Positions 46,963 to 56,412 of a stretch of DNA of 56,412 bases are shown in pieces (the stretch's first letter is position 1; the number at the start of each line of letters is the position of its first letter). This DNA is from a virus. Its lineage: Duplodnaviria > Heunggongvirae > Uroviricota > Caudoviricetes. The translations under genes were made by a program, and so were the position numbers. The stretch lies in IMG/VR virus record IMGVR_UViG_2718218136_000004. The stretch is one strand, 5' to 3'. Below the pieces are notes generated by a model, which was given only the letters and a program-made list of their open reading frames with translations, was not told where the DNA came from and made no database searches.

Positions 46963-47706
46963 ATGACAGAGACAGAATCAGCGATTCTGGCGCACGCCCG
47001 GCGATGTGCGCCAGCGGAGTCGTGCGGCTTCGTGGTGAGAACGCCGGAAGGGGAAAGATATTTTCCCTGCGTGAATATCTCCGGTGAGCCGGAGGCGTAT
47101 TTCCGGATGGCTCCGGAGGACTGGCTGCGGGCAGAAATGCAGGGTGAGATTGTGGCGCTGGTCCACAGTCACCCCGGTGCTCTGCCCTGGCTGAGTGAGG
47201 CTGACCGGCGGCTGCAGGTGCAGAGTGATTTGCCGTGGTGGCTGGTCTGCCGGGGGGCGATTCACAAGTTCCGCTGTGTGCCGCATCTTACCGGGCGGCG
47301 CTTTGAGCACGGGGTGACGGACTGTTACACGCTGTTCCGGGATGCTTACCATCTGGCGGGAATTGAGATGCCGGATTTTCATCGTGAGGATGACTGGTGG
47401 CGTCACGGTCAGAATCTCTATCTGGATAATATGGAGGCAACGGGGCTGTATCAGGTGCCGTTGTCAGCGGCGCAGCCGGGCGATGTGCTGCTGTGCTGTT
47501 TTGGTTCATCGGTGCCGAATCATGCCGCTATTTACTGCGGCGACGGCGAGCTGCTGCACCATATTCCTGGACAACTGAGCAAACGAGAGAGGTATACCGA
47601 CAAATGGCAGCGACGCACACACTCCCTCTGGCATCACCGGGCATGGCACGCATCTGCCTTTACGGGGATTTGCAACGATTTGGCCGCCGCATCGACCTTC
47701 GTGTGA
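46963..47706 (+). CDS. K: Tail assembly protein K
   Basis: MTETESAILAHARRCAPAESCGFVV... near-identical to lambda K. Confidence 0.9.
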   Translation: MTETESAILAHARRCAPAESCGFVVRTPEGERYFPCVNISGEPEAYFRMAPEDWLRAEMQGEIVALVHSHPGALPWLSEADRRLQVQSDLPWWLVCRGAIHKFRCVPHLTGRRFEHGVTDCYTLFRDAYHLAGIEMPDFHREDDWWRHGQNLYLDNMEATGLYQVPLSAAQPGDVLLCCFGSSVPNHAAIYCGDGELLHHIPGQLSKRERYTDKWQRRTHSLWHHRAWHASAFTGICNDLAAASTFV

Positions 47707-48245
47707 AAACAGGGGCCGAAGCCATCCGGGCGCTGGCCATGCAGATCCCGGCGTTTCGTCAGAAACTGAGCGATGGCTGGTATCAGGTGCGCATTGCCGG
47801 GCGTGATGCAGGCGAAAACGAATTATCAGCCCGTCTTAATGAGCCGCTGAAAAATGGTGCCGTGATCCATATCGTGCCGCGTCTGGCAGGAGCCAAAAGT
47901 GGCGGTGTGTTTCAGGCTGTGCTGGGGGCGGCTGTTATGGCGGTTGCTATATGGATGCCGGGGGTAGGAATTATGGCGAGTAATCTGCTGTTTTCTCTCG
48001 GTGCCAGTATGACGCTTGGCGGTGTTGCACAGATGCTGGCCCCTAAACCCAAAACCCCCCGCACACAGACAACGGATAACGGCAAACAGAACACCTATTT
48101 TTCTTCACTGGATAATATGGTTGCCCAGGGCAATGTTCTGCCCGTTCTGTACGGTGAAATGCGCGTGGGATCACGTGTGGTATCTCAGGAGATCAGCACA
48201 GCAGATGAAGGTGATGGTGGTCAGGTTGTGGTGATTGGTCGCTGA
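47604..48245 (+). CDS. I: Tail assembly protein I
   Basis: Start MAATHTLPLASPGMARICLYGDLQRFG... matches lambda I; overlaps K. Confidence 0.85.
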   Translation: MAATHTLPLASPGMARICLYGDLQRFGRRIDLRVKTGAEAIRALAMQIPAFRQKLSDGWYQVRIAGRDAGENELSARLNEPLKNGAVIHIVPRLAGAKSGGVFQAVLGAAVMAVAIWMPGVGIMASNLLFSLGASMTLGGVAQMLAPKPKTPRTQTTDNGKQNTYFSSLDNMVAQGNVLPVLYGEMRVGSRVVSQEISTADEGDGGQVVVIGR

Positions 48246-48305
48246 TGAAAAACGTTTTATGTGAAACCGCCTCCGGGCGGTTTTATCGTTTATGGAGCAT
48301 GACGA

Positions 48306-51300
48306 ATGGGTAAAGGCAGCAGTAAGGGGCATACCCCGCGCGAAGCGAAGGACAACCTGAAATCCACGCAGCTGCTGAGTGTGATTGATGCCATCAGCGA
48401 AGGGCCGATTGAAGGTCCGGTGGATGGATTAAAAAGCGTGCTGCTGAACAGTACGCCAGTGCTGGACAGTGAGGGGAATACCAACATCTCCGGCGTCACG
48501 GTGGTGTTCCGGGCCGGTGAGCAGGAGCAGACACCGCCGGAGGGATTTGAATCCTCCGGCTCCGAGACGGTGCTGGGTACGGAAGTGAAATACGACACGC
48601 CGATCACCCGGACCATCACGTCGGCAAACATTGACCGACTGCGTTTTACCTTCGGCGTGCAGGCACTGGTGGAAACCACCTCAAAGGGGGACAGGAATCC
48701 GTCGGAAGTCCGCCTGCTGGTTCAGATACAGCGTAATGGTGGCTGGGTGACGGAAAAAGACATCACCATTAAGGGCAAAACCACCTCGCAGTATCTGGCC
48801 TCGGTGGTGGTGGGTAACCTGCCGCCGCGCCCGTTCAATATACGGATGCGCAGGATGACGCCGGACAGCACCACAGACCAGCTGCAGAACAAAACGCTCT
48901 GGTCGTCATACACCGAAATCATCGATGTGAAACAGTGCTACCCGAACACGGCACTGGTCGGCGTGCAGGTGGACTCGGAGCAGTTCGGCAGCCAGCAGGT
49001 GAGCCGTAATTATCATCTGCGCGGGCGTATTCTGCAGGTGCCGTCGAATTATAACCCGCAGACGCGGCAATACAGCGGTATCTGGGACGGAACGTTTAAA
49101 CCGGCATACAGCAACAACATGGCCTGGTGTCTGTGGGATATGCTGACCCATCCGCGCTACGGCATGGGGAAACGTCTTGGTGCGGCGGATGTGGATAAAT
49201 GGGCGCTGTATGTCATCGGCCAGTACTGCGACCAGTCAGTGCCGGACGGCTTTGGCGGCACGGAGCCGCGCATCACCTGTAATGCGTACCTGACCACACA
49301 GCGCAAGGCGTGGGATGTGCTCAGTGATTTCTGCTCGGCGATGCGCTGTATGCCGGTATGGAACGGGCAGACGCTGACGTTCGTGCAGGACCGGCCATCA
49401 GATAAGGTGTGGACCTATAACCGCAGTAATGTGGTGATGCCGGATGATGGTGCGCCGTTCCGCTACAGCTTCAGCGCCCTGAAGGACCGCCATAATGCCG
49501 TTGAGGTGAACTGGATTGACCCGAATAACGGCTGGGAGACGGCGACAGAGCTTGTGGAGGATACGCAGGCCATTGCCCGTTACGGTCGTAACGTCACGAA
49601 AATGGATGCCTTTGGCTGTACCAGCCGGGGGCAGGCACACCGAGCCGGGCTGTGGCTGATTAAAACGGAGCTGCTGGAAACGCAGACCGTGGACTTCAGC
49701 GTGGGTGCTGAAGGGCTTCGCCATGTGCCGGGCGATGTCATTGAAATCTGCGATGATGACTATGCCGGTATCAGCACCGGTGGTCGCGTGCTGGCGGTGA
49801 ACAGCCAGACCCGGACGCTGACGCTCGACCGTGAAATCACGCTGCCATCCTCCGGCACCACGCTGATAAGCCTGGTTGACGGAAATGGCAATCCGGTCAG
49901 CGTGGAGGTTCAGTCCGTCACCGACGGCGTGAAGGTGAAAGTGAGCCGGGTTCCTGACGGCGTTGCTGAATACAGCGTGTGGGGGCTGAAGTTGCCGACG
50001 TTGCGCCAGCGCCTGTTCCGCTGTGTGAGTATCCGTGAGAACGATGACGGCACGTATGCCATCACTGCCGTGCAGCATGTACCGGAAAAAGAGGCCATCG
50101 TGGATAACGGGGCGCACTTTGACGGCGACCAGAGCGGCACGGTGAATGGTGTCACGCCGCCAGCGGTGCAGCACCTGACCGCCGAAGTCACCGCAGACAG
50201 CGGGGAATATCAGGTGCTGGCGCGCTGGGACACGCCGAAGGTGGTGAAGGGCGTGAGCTTCCTGCTCCGTCTGACCGTAACAGCGGATGACGGCAGTGAG
50301 CGGCTGGTCAGCACGGCCCGGACGACGGAAACCACATACCGCTTCACGCAACTGGCGCTGGGGAACTACAGGCTGACTGTCCGGGCTGTAAATGCGTGGG
50401 GACAGCAGGGCGAGCCGGCATCGGTATCGTTCCGGATTGCCGCACCGGCAGCGCCGTCTCGGATTGAGCTGACACCGGGCTATTTTCAGATAACCGCCAC
50501 GCCGCATCTTGCGGTTTATGATCCGACGGTACAATTTGAGTTCTGGTTCTCGGAAACGCGGATTACCGATATCAGGCAGGTTGAAACCACAGCCCGCTAC
50601 CTTGGCACGGGGCTGTACTGGATAGCCGCCAGTATCAATATCAAACCGGGCCATGATTATTACTTTTATATCCGCAGTGTGAACACCGTTGGCAAATCGG
50701 CATTCGTGGAGGCCGTCGGTCGGGCGAGCGATGATGCGGAAGGTTACCTGGATTTTTTCAAAGGCAAGATAACCGAATCCCATCTTGGTAAAGAGCTGCT
50801 GGAAAAAGTCGACCTGACGGAGGATAACGCCAGCAAACTGGAGCAGTTTTCGAAAGAGTGGAAGGATGCCAACGATAAATGGAATGCCATGTGGGCTGTC
50901 AAAATTGAGCAGACCAAAGACGGCAAACATTATGTCGCGGGTATTGGCCTCAGTATGGAGGACACGGAGGAAGGCAAACTGAGCCAGTTTCTGGTTGCCG
51001 CTAACCGTATCGCGTTTATTGACCCGGCAAACGGGAATGAAACGCCGATGTTTGTGGCGCAGGGCAATCAGATATTCATGAACGACGTGTTCCTGAAACG
51101 CCTGACGGCCCCCACCATTACCAGTGGTGGAAATCCACCGGCATTTTCCCTGACACCGGATGGGCGGCTGACGGCGAAAAATGCCGATATCAGCGGTAAC
51201 GTGAATGCGAACTCCGGGACGCTCAACAACGTCACGATTAACGAGAACTGTCGGGTTCTGGGAAAACTGTCCGCGAACCAGATTGAAGGCGATCTCGTTA

Positions 51301-51701
51301 AAACAGTGGGCAAAGCTTTCCCCCGGGACTCCCGTGCACCGGAACGGTGGCCATCAGGGACCATTACCGTCAGGGTTTATGACGATCAGCCGTTTGACCG
51401 GCAGATTGTTATTCCGGCGGTGGCATTCAGCGGCGCTAAACATGAGAGAGAGCATACTGATATTTACTCCTCATGCCGTCTGATAGTGCGGAAAAACGGT
51501 GCTGAAATTTATAACCGTACCGCGCTGGATAATACGCTGATTTACAGTGGCGTTATTGATATGCCTGCCGGTCACGGTCACATGACGCTGGAGTTTTCGG
51601 TGTCAGCATGGCTGGTAAATGACTGGTATCCCACAGCAAGTATCAGCGATTTGCTGGTTGTGGTGATGAAGAAAGCCACCGCAGGCATCAGTATCAGCTG
51701 A
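48306..51701 (+). CDS. J: Tail tip / host specificity protein J
   Basis: 1131 aa; N-terminus [37 protein letters not shown]... matches lambda J. Confidence 0.9.
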   Translation: MGKGSSKGHTPREAKDNLKSTQLLSVIDAISEGPIEGPVDGLKSVLLNSTPVLDSEGNTNISGVTVVFRAGEQEQTPPEGFESSGSETVLGTEVKYDTPITRTITSANIDRLRFTFGVQALVETTSKGDRNPSEVRLLVQIQRNGGWVTEKDITIKGKTTSQYLASVVVGNLPPRPFNIRMRRMTPDSTTDQLQNKTLWSSYTEIIDVKQCYPNTALVGVQVDSEQFGSQQVSRNYHLRGRILQVPSNYNPQTRQYSGIWDGTFKPAYSNNMAWCLWDMLTHPRYGMGKRLGAADVDKWALYVIGQYCDQSVPDGFGGTEPRITCNAYLTTQRKAWDVLSDFCSAMRCMPVWNGQTLTFVQDRPSDKVWTYNRSNVVMPDDGAPFRYSFSALKDRHNAVEVNWIDPNNGWETATELVEDTQAIARYGRNVTKMDAFGCTSRGQAHRAGLWLIKTELLETQTVDFSVGAEGLRHVPGDVIEICDDDYAGISTGGRVLAVNSQTRTLTLDREITLPSSGTTLISLVDGNGNPVSVEVQSVTDGVKVKVSRVPDGVAEYSVWGLKLPTLRQRLFRCVSIRENDDGTYAITAVQHVPEKEAIVDNGAHFDGDQSGTVNGVTPPAVQHLTAEVTADSGEYQVLARWDTPKVVKGVSFLLRLTVTADDGSERLVSTARTTETTYRFTQLALGNYRLTVRAVNAWGQQGEPASVSFRIAAPAAPSRIELTPGYFQITATPHLAVYDPTVQFEFWFSETRITDIRQVETTARYLGTGLYWIAASINIKPGHDYYFYIRSVNTVGKSAFVEAVGRASDDAEGYLDFFKGKITESHLGKELLEKVDLTEDNASKLEQFSKEWKDANDKWNAMWAVKIEQTKDGKHYVAGIGLSMEDTEEGKLSQFLVAANRIAFIDPANGNETPMFVAQGNQIFMNDVFLKRLTAPTITSGGNPPAFSLTPDGRLTAKNADISGNVNANSGTLNNVTINENCRVLGKLSANQIEGDLVKTVGKAFPRDSRAPERWPSGTITVRVYDDQPFDRQIVIPAVAFSGAKHEREHTDIYSSCRLIVRKNGAEIYNRTALDNTLIYSGVIDMPAGHGHMTLEFSVSAWLVNDWYPTASISDLLVVVMKKATAGISIS

Positions 51702-51720
51702 ATTTTATAACCCATATACG

Positions 51721-51745
51721 GGCGCCAGAAATGGCGCCTTTTTTA
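51721..51745 (+). terminator. Intrinsic terminator after J
   Basis: GGCGCC-AGAAAT-GGCGCC followed by TTTTTT. Confidence 0.6.
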
Positions 51746-51768
51746 TTGCAGAAAAGCGAGAGGTAATT

Positions 51769-52368
51769 ATGCGTAAAGTTTGTGCAGCCATTTTGTCCGC
51801 AGCCATCTGTCTGTCCGTATCCGGTGCGCCTGCATGGGCGTCTGAACATCAGTCCACACTGAGCGCAGGGTATCTTCATGCCCGTACGAACGCTCCCGGC
51901 AGCGATAATCTGAACGGGATTAACGTGAAATACCGTTATGAGTTTACGGACACGCTGGGGCTGATTACGTCCTTCAGTTATGCCAATGCTGAGGATGAGC
52001 AAAAAACGCACTACAGCGATACCCGCTGGCATGAAGATTCCGAGCGTAATCGCTGGTTCAGCGTGATGGCGGGGCCGTCTGTACGCGTGAATGAATGGTT
52101 CAGCGCGTATGCGATGGCGGGTGTGGCTTACAGCCGTGTGTCGACTTTCTCCGGGGATTATCTCCGCGTAACTGACAACAAGGGGAAAAAGCACGATGTG
52201 CTGACCGGAAGTGATGACGGTCGCCACAGCAACACGTCTCTGGCGTGGGGAGCTGGCGTGCAGTTTAACCCGACCGAATCCGTGGCCATTGATGTCGCTT
52301 ATGAAGGCTCCGGCAGTGGTGACTGGCGCACTGACGGGTTCATCGTGGGTGTTGGTTATAAATTCTGA
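51769..52368 (+). CDS. lom: Outer membrane protein Lom (Ail/Lom family)
   Basis: Signal peptide and beta-barrel-like sequence matching lambda Lom; flanked by terminators. Confidence 0.85.
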   Translation: MRKVCAAILSAAICLSVSGAPAWASEHQSTLSAGYLHARTNAPGSDNLNGINVKYRYEFTDTLGLITSFSYANAEDEQKTHYSDTRWHEDSERNRWFSVMAGPSVRVNEWFSAYAMAGVAYSRVSTFSGDYLRVTDNKGKKHDVLTGSDDGRHSNTSLAWGAGVQFNPTESVAIDVAYEGSGSGDWRTDGFIVGVGYKF

Positions 52369-52394
52369 TTAGCCAGGTAACACAGTGTTATGAC

Positions 52395-52421
52395 AGCCCG
52401 CCGGTTCAGGCGGGCTTTTTT
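52395..52421 (+). terminator. Intrinsic terminator after lom
   Basis: AGCCCGCC-GGTTCAG-GCGGGCT followed by TTTTTT. Confidence 0.6.
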
Positions 52422-52432
52422 GTGGGGTGAAT

Positions 52433-55400
52433 ATGGCAGTAAAAATTTCAGGTGTACTGAAAGACGGCACAGGAAAACCGGTACAGAACTGCACAATCCA
52501 GCTGAAAGCAAAACGTAACAGTACCACGGTGGTGGTGAACACGCTGGCATCTGAAAATCCGGATGAAGCCGGGCGTTACAGTATGGACGTTGAGTACGGT
52601 CAGTACAGCGTTATTCTGTTGGTGGAAGGATTCCCGCCGTCACATGCCGGGACCATCACAGTGTATGAAGATTCCCGACCCGGTACGCTGAATGATTTTC
52701 TCGGTGCCATGACGGAGGATGATGCCCGTCCGGAGGCACTGCGCCGTTTTGAGCTGATGGTGGAAGAGGTGGCGCGTAACGCGTCCGTGGTGGCACAGAA
52801 CACGGCAGCCGCGAAGAAGTCAGCCAGTGATGCCAGCACATCAGCCCGTGAGGCGGCAACCCATGCGACTGATGCTGCAGGCTCAGCACGCGCAGCCAGC
52901 ACGTCAGCCGGACAGGCCGCGTCGTCGGCTCAGTCAGCGACTTCCAGCGCAGGAACGGCATCAGCAAAAGCCTCTGAGGCATCAAAAAGTGCTGCCGCTG
53001 CAGAGTCCTCAAAAAGCGCGGCGGCCACCAGTGCCGGTGCGGCGAAAACGTCAGAAACGAATGCGGCAGCGTCACAACAATCAGCAGCCACTTCTGCATC
53101 CACCGCGACCACGAAAGCGTCAGAAGCAGCCACTTCAGCACGGGATGCGGCGGCCTCAAAAGAGGCGGCAAAATCATCAGAAACGAACGCATCATCAAGC
53201 GCCAGTAGTGCCGCTTCCTCGGCAACGGCGGCAGGAAATTCCGCGAAGGCGGCAAAGACGTCTGAGACAAACGCTAAGTTCTCTGAAACGGCAGCGGAAC
53301 AGAGTGCCTCAGCTGCGGCAGGCTCAAAAACAGCGGCTGCATCATCTGCCAGTGCCGCGTCAACAAGTGCCGGGCAGGCCTCAGCCAGTGCCACCGCCGC
53401 CGGAAAATCGGCAGAAAGCGCCGCATCGTCTGCTTCAACAGCCACAACGAAGGCTGGCGAAGCCACTGAACAGGCCAGCGCAGCAGCGAGGTCTGCTTCC
53501 GCAGCGAAGACATCCGAGACGAACGCGAAAGCGTCGGAAACCAGCGCAGAATCCTCAAAAACGGCTGCCGCATCGTCCGCCAGTTCGGCGGCGTCATCGG
53601 CATCATCGGCGTCTGCTTCAAAAGATGAGGCGACCAGACAAGCGTCCGCAGCGAAGGGCAGCGCCACGACAGCATCCACGAAGGCGACAGAGGCAGCTGG
53701 CAGTGCGACGGCGGCAGCACAGAGCAAAAGTACGGCGGAATCTGCAGCAACGCGCGCCGAGACAGCGGCAAAACGGGCAGAGGATATTGCATCCGCCGTG
53801 GCGCTTGAGGATGCGAGCACGACGAAAAAGGGGATAGTACAGCTCAGCAGCGCGACCAACAGCACGTCTGAAACGCTGGCGGCAACGCCAAAGGCAGTAA
53901 AAGCAGCCTATGACAATGCAGAGAAACGTCTGCAGAAAGACCAGAACGGCGCTGATATACCCGATAAGGGACGCTTCCTGAACAACATTAACGCGGTCAG
54001 TAAAACAGACTTTGCTGATAAGCGTGGTATGCGTTATGTGCGGGTTAACGCTCCTGCAGGTGCAACATCTGGAAAATATTATCCTGTTGTTGTTATGCGT
54101 TCTGCTGGCTCAGTAAGCGAACTGGCATCAAGGGTCATTATCACCACGGCAACGCGAACCGCAGGCGATCCGATGAATAACTGCGAGTTTAACGGATTTG
54201 TTATGCCTGGTGGCTGGACTGACAGGGGGCGTTATGCTTATGGAATGTTCTGGCAATATCAAAACAATGAACGAGCCATCCACTCAATAATGATGAGTAA
54301 TAAGGGCGATGATTTGCGCTCTGTGTTCTATGTTGATGGCGCTGCTTTCCCTGTTTTTGCGTTTATCGAAGATGGCCTGTCAATATCCGCACCTGGTGCT
54401 GATCTCGTTGTTGATGATACGACCTATAAGTTTGGGGCAACAAATCCGGCGACTGAATGTATCGCGGCGGACGTTATCCTTGATTTTAAGAGTGGGCGTG
54501 GTTTTTATGAGTCCCATTCGTTAATCGTTAACGATAACTTGTCGTGCAAAAAACTTTTTGCCACAGACGAAATTGTAGCGCGTGGTGGTAATCAGATTCG
54601 AATGATAGGTGGGGAGTATGGTGCATTATGGCGTAATGATGGCGCTAAAACTTACCTGCTGCTTACCAATCAAGGTGATGTTTATGGTGGCTGGAATACA
54701 TTAAGACCGTTTGCTATTGATAACGCAACCGGCGAACTGGTTATTGGAACCAAACTGTCCGCAAGTCTGAACGGTAATGCATTAACAGCAACAAAGCTGC
54801 AAACGCCAAGACTGGTTTCTGGTGTTGAGTTTGATGGTTCCAAAGATATTACTTTAACCGCCGCGCATGTGGCTGCTTTTGCCAGAAGGGCAACGGATAC
54901 ATATGCCGATGCGGATGGTGGCGTTCCCTGGAATGCCGAATCAGGCACTTATAATGTCACCCGCTCTGGCGACAGCTATATTCTGGTTAACTTCTATACC
55001 GGAGTCGGAAGTTGCCGGACCCTGCAGATGAAGGCGCATTACAGAAATGGTGGTCTGTTCTACCGTTCTTCAAGAGATGGCTATGGTTTTGAGGAAGACT
55101 GGGCAGAAGTTTATACCTCGAAAAATCTTCCACCAGAAAGCTACCCAGTCGGCGCACCAATCCCGTGGCCATCAGATACCGTTCCGTCTGGTTATGCCCT
55201 GATGCAGGGGCAGACTTTTGACAAATCTGCCTACCCGAAACTTGCAGCCGCTTATCCGTCAGGCGTGATCCCTGATATGCGTGGCTGGACGATTAAGGGC
55301 AAACCTGCCAGTGGTCGGGCCGTATTGTCTCAGGAACAGGACGGCATTAAATCGCATACCCACAGCGCCAGCGCATCCAGTACGGATTTGGGGACGAAAA

Positions 55401-55831
55401 CCACATCGTCGTTTGATTACGGAACCAAATCCACGAATAACACTGGTGCGCATACCCATAGTTTAAGTGGCAGCACGAATGCAGCTGGTAATCACAGCCA
55501 TAGAGATGGCCGTCGATTTAACCCCAGTGTTTTTAAAGATACTTATCAATATGGTTATACAAGCTCAGGTCAAAATACCTGGGGTGTACAAGGCTCAGTA
55601 GGTATGTCTACGGGGGCGTTAGCTAATACCAGTACAGATGGTAATCATAGCCACTCACTGTCCGGCACAGCAGCATCTGCAGGTGCACACGCACATACTG
55701 TCGGTATTGGTGCACACACGCACTCCGTTGCGATTGGTTCACATGGACACACCATCACCGTTAACGCTGCTGGTAACGCGGAAAACACCGTCAAAAACAT
55801 CGCATTTAACTATATTGTGAGGCTTGCATAA
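52433..55831 (+). CDS. stf: Side tail fibre protein with long Ala/Ser-rich repeat region
   Basis: N-terminus [26 protein letters not shown] matches lambda Stf; internal repeats (SAAAS.. / AKTSETNA..). Confidence 0.8.
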   Translation: MAVKISGVLKDGTGKPVQNCTIQLKAKRNSTTVVVNTLASENPDEAGRYSMDVEYGQYSVILLVEGFPPSHAGTITVYEDSRPGTLNDFLGAMTEDDARPEALRRFELMVEEVARNASVVAQNTAAAKKSASDASTSAREAATHATDAAGSARAASTSAGQAASSAQSATSSAGTASAKASEASKSAAAAESSKSAAATSAGAAKTSETNAAASQQSAATSASTATTKASEAATSARDAAASKEAAKSSETNASSSASSAASSATAAGNSAKAAKTSETNAKFSETAAEQSASAAAGSKTAAASSASAASTSAGQASASATAAGKSAESAASSASTATTKAGEATEQASAAARSASAAKTSETNAKASETSAESSKTAAASSASSAASSASSASASKDEATRQASAAKGSATTASTKATEAAGSATAAAQSKSTAESAATRAETAAKRAEDIASAVALEDASTTKKGIVQLSSATNSTSETLAATPKAVKAAYDNAEKRLQKDQNGADIPDKGRFLNNINAVSKTDFADKRGMRYVRVNAPAGATSGKYYPVVVMRSAGSVSELASRVIITTATRTAGDPMNNCEFNGFVMPGGWTDRGRYAYGMFWQYQNNERAIHSIMMSNKGDDLRSVFYVDGAAFPVFAFIEDGLSISAPGADLVVDDTTYKFGATNPATECIAADVILDFKSGRGFYESHSLIVNDNLSCKKLFATDEIVARGGNQIRMIGGEYGALWRNDGAKTYLLLTNQGDVYGGWNTLRPFAIDNATGELVIGTKLSASLNGNALTATKLQTPRLVSGVEFDGSKDITLTAAHVAAFARRATDTYADADGGVPWNAESGTYNVTRSGDSYILVNFYTGVGSCRTLQMKAHYRNGGLFYRSSRDGYGFEEDWAEVYTSKNLPPESYPVGAPIPWPSDTVPSGYALMQGQTFDKSAYPKLAAAYPSGVIPDMRGWTIKGKPASGRAVLSQEQDGIKSHTHSASASSTDLGTKTTSSFDYGTKSTNNTGAHTHSLSGSTNAAGNHSHRDGRRFNPSVFKDTYQYGYTSSGQNTWGVQGSVGMSTGALANTSTDGNHSHSLSGTAASAGAHAHTVGIGAHTHSVAIGSHGHTITVNAAGNAENTVKNIAFNYIVRLA

Positions 55832-56412
55832 TGGCATTCAGAATGAGTGAACAACCACGGACCATAAAAATTTATAATCTGCTGGCCGGAACTAATGAAT
55901 TTATTGGTGAAGGTGACGCATATATTCCGCCTCATACCGGTCTGCCTGCAGACAGTACCGATATTGCACCGCCAGATATTCCGGCTGGCTTTGTGGCTGT
56001 TTTCAACAGTGATGAGGCATCGTGGAATCTCGTTGAAGATCATCGGGGTAAAACGGTTTATGACGTGGCATCAGGGGACGCGTTATTTATTTCTGAACTC
56101 GGTCCGTTACCGGAAAATGTTACCTGGTTGTCGCCGGAAGGGGAATATCAGAAGTGGAACGGTACAGCCTGGGTGAAAGATGCAGAAGCAGAAAAACTGT
56201 TCCGGATCCGGGAGGCGGAAGAAACAAAAAACAGCCTGATGCAGGCAGCGAATGAGCATATTGCGCCACTTCAGGATGCTGTAGATCTGGAAATCGCAAC
56301 GGAGGAAGAAAACTCGTTGCTGGAAGCCTGGAAAAAGTATCGGGTGTTGCTGAACCGTGTTAATACAACAACTGCACCGGATATTGAATGGCCAGTAGCA
56401 CCTATAGGGTAA
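55831..56412 (+). CDS. tfa: Tail fibre assembly protein
   Basis: [39 protein letters not shown]... matches lambda Tfa; stop TAA at 56410-56412. Confidence 0.85.
   Translation: MAFRMSEQPRTIKIYNLLAGTNEFIGEGDAYIPPHTGLPADSTDIAPPDIPAGFVAVFNSDEASWNLVEDHRGKTVYDVASGDALFISELGPLPENVTWLSPEGEYQKWNGTAWVKDAEAEKLFRIREAEETKNSLMQAANEHIAPLQDAVDLEIATEEENSLLEAWKKYRVLLNRVNTTTAPDIEWPVAPIG

Noticed and set aside
49398-50930. 510-aa minus-strand ORF
   Set aside because: Entirely antisense to the lambda-like J gene; Arg/Pro/Gly-rich junk composition.
52656-53865. Several long Pro/Arg-rich or Ala/Asp-rich ORFs on both strands (52656-53270 -, 52827-53837 +, 52930-53865 -, 53274-53792 -)
   Set aside because: Artefacts of the repeat tract inside stf, which is open in alternative frames.

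Overview
This window is a near-complete lambdoid prophage of Enterobacteriaceae (E. coli-like), running from its integrase (1-1026, minus strand) to the tail fibre assembly gene (ending 56412). It has a Qin/Rac-type early region (dicB operon with the DicF sRNA, DicA/RacR-like repressor, YdaS/YdaT-like pair, O-like initiator with internal iterons), a nin-like region (hokD, RusA, Q-like), a pR'/tR' unit followed by a tRNA array, a phage-21-type lysis cassette (dual-start pinholin, SAR endolysin, Rz/Rz1), HK97-type packaging and head genes, and lambda-type tail genes (V, G/GT with -1 frameshift, H, M, L, K, I, J, lom, stf, tfa). The main finding is that the prophage large terminase gene is split in two (19021-20048 and 35490-36226) by a ~15.45 kb insertion (about 20042-35496). 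The insert has the organisation of a capsid-forming phage-inducible chromosomal island (cf-PICI-like satellite): P4-like integrase, two AlpA-like regulators, Bro-N protein, a divergent operator region, primase/helicase-like replication protein with an iteron origin, SSB, and its own major capsid, prohead protease, portal, head-tail adaptor/connector, HNH, TerS and TerL, but no tail genes. Joining the two terL fragments restores one continuous reading frame, so the satellite appears to sit inside its presumptive helper's packaging gene. All calls are from reading the sequence and ORF translations; no database search was run, and protein-family assignments rest on recalled motifs and similarity to known lambda, phage 21, HK97, P4/PICI and E. 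coli K-12 prophage proteins.
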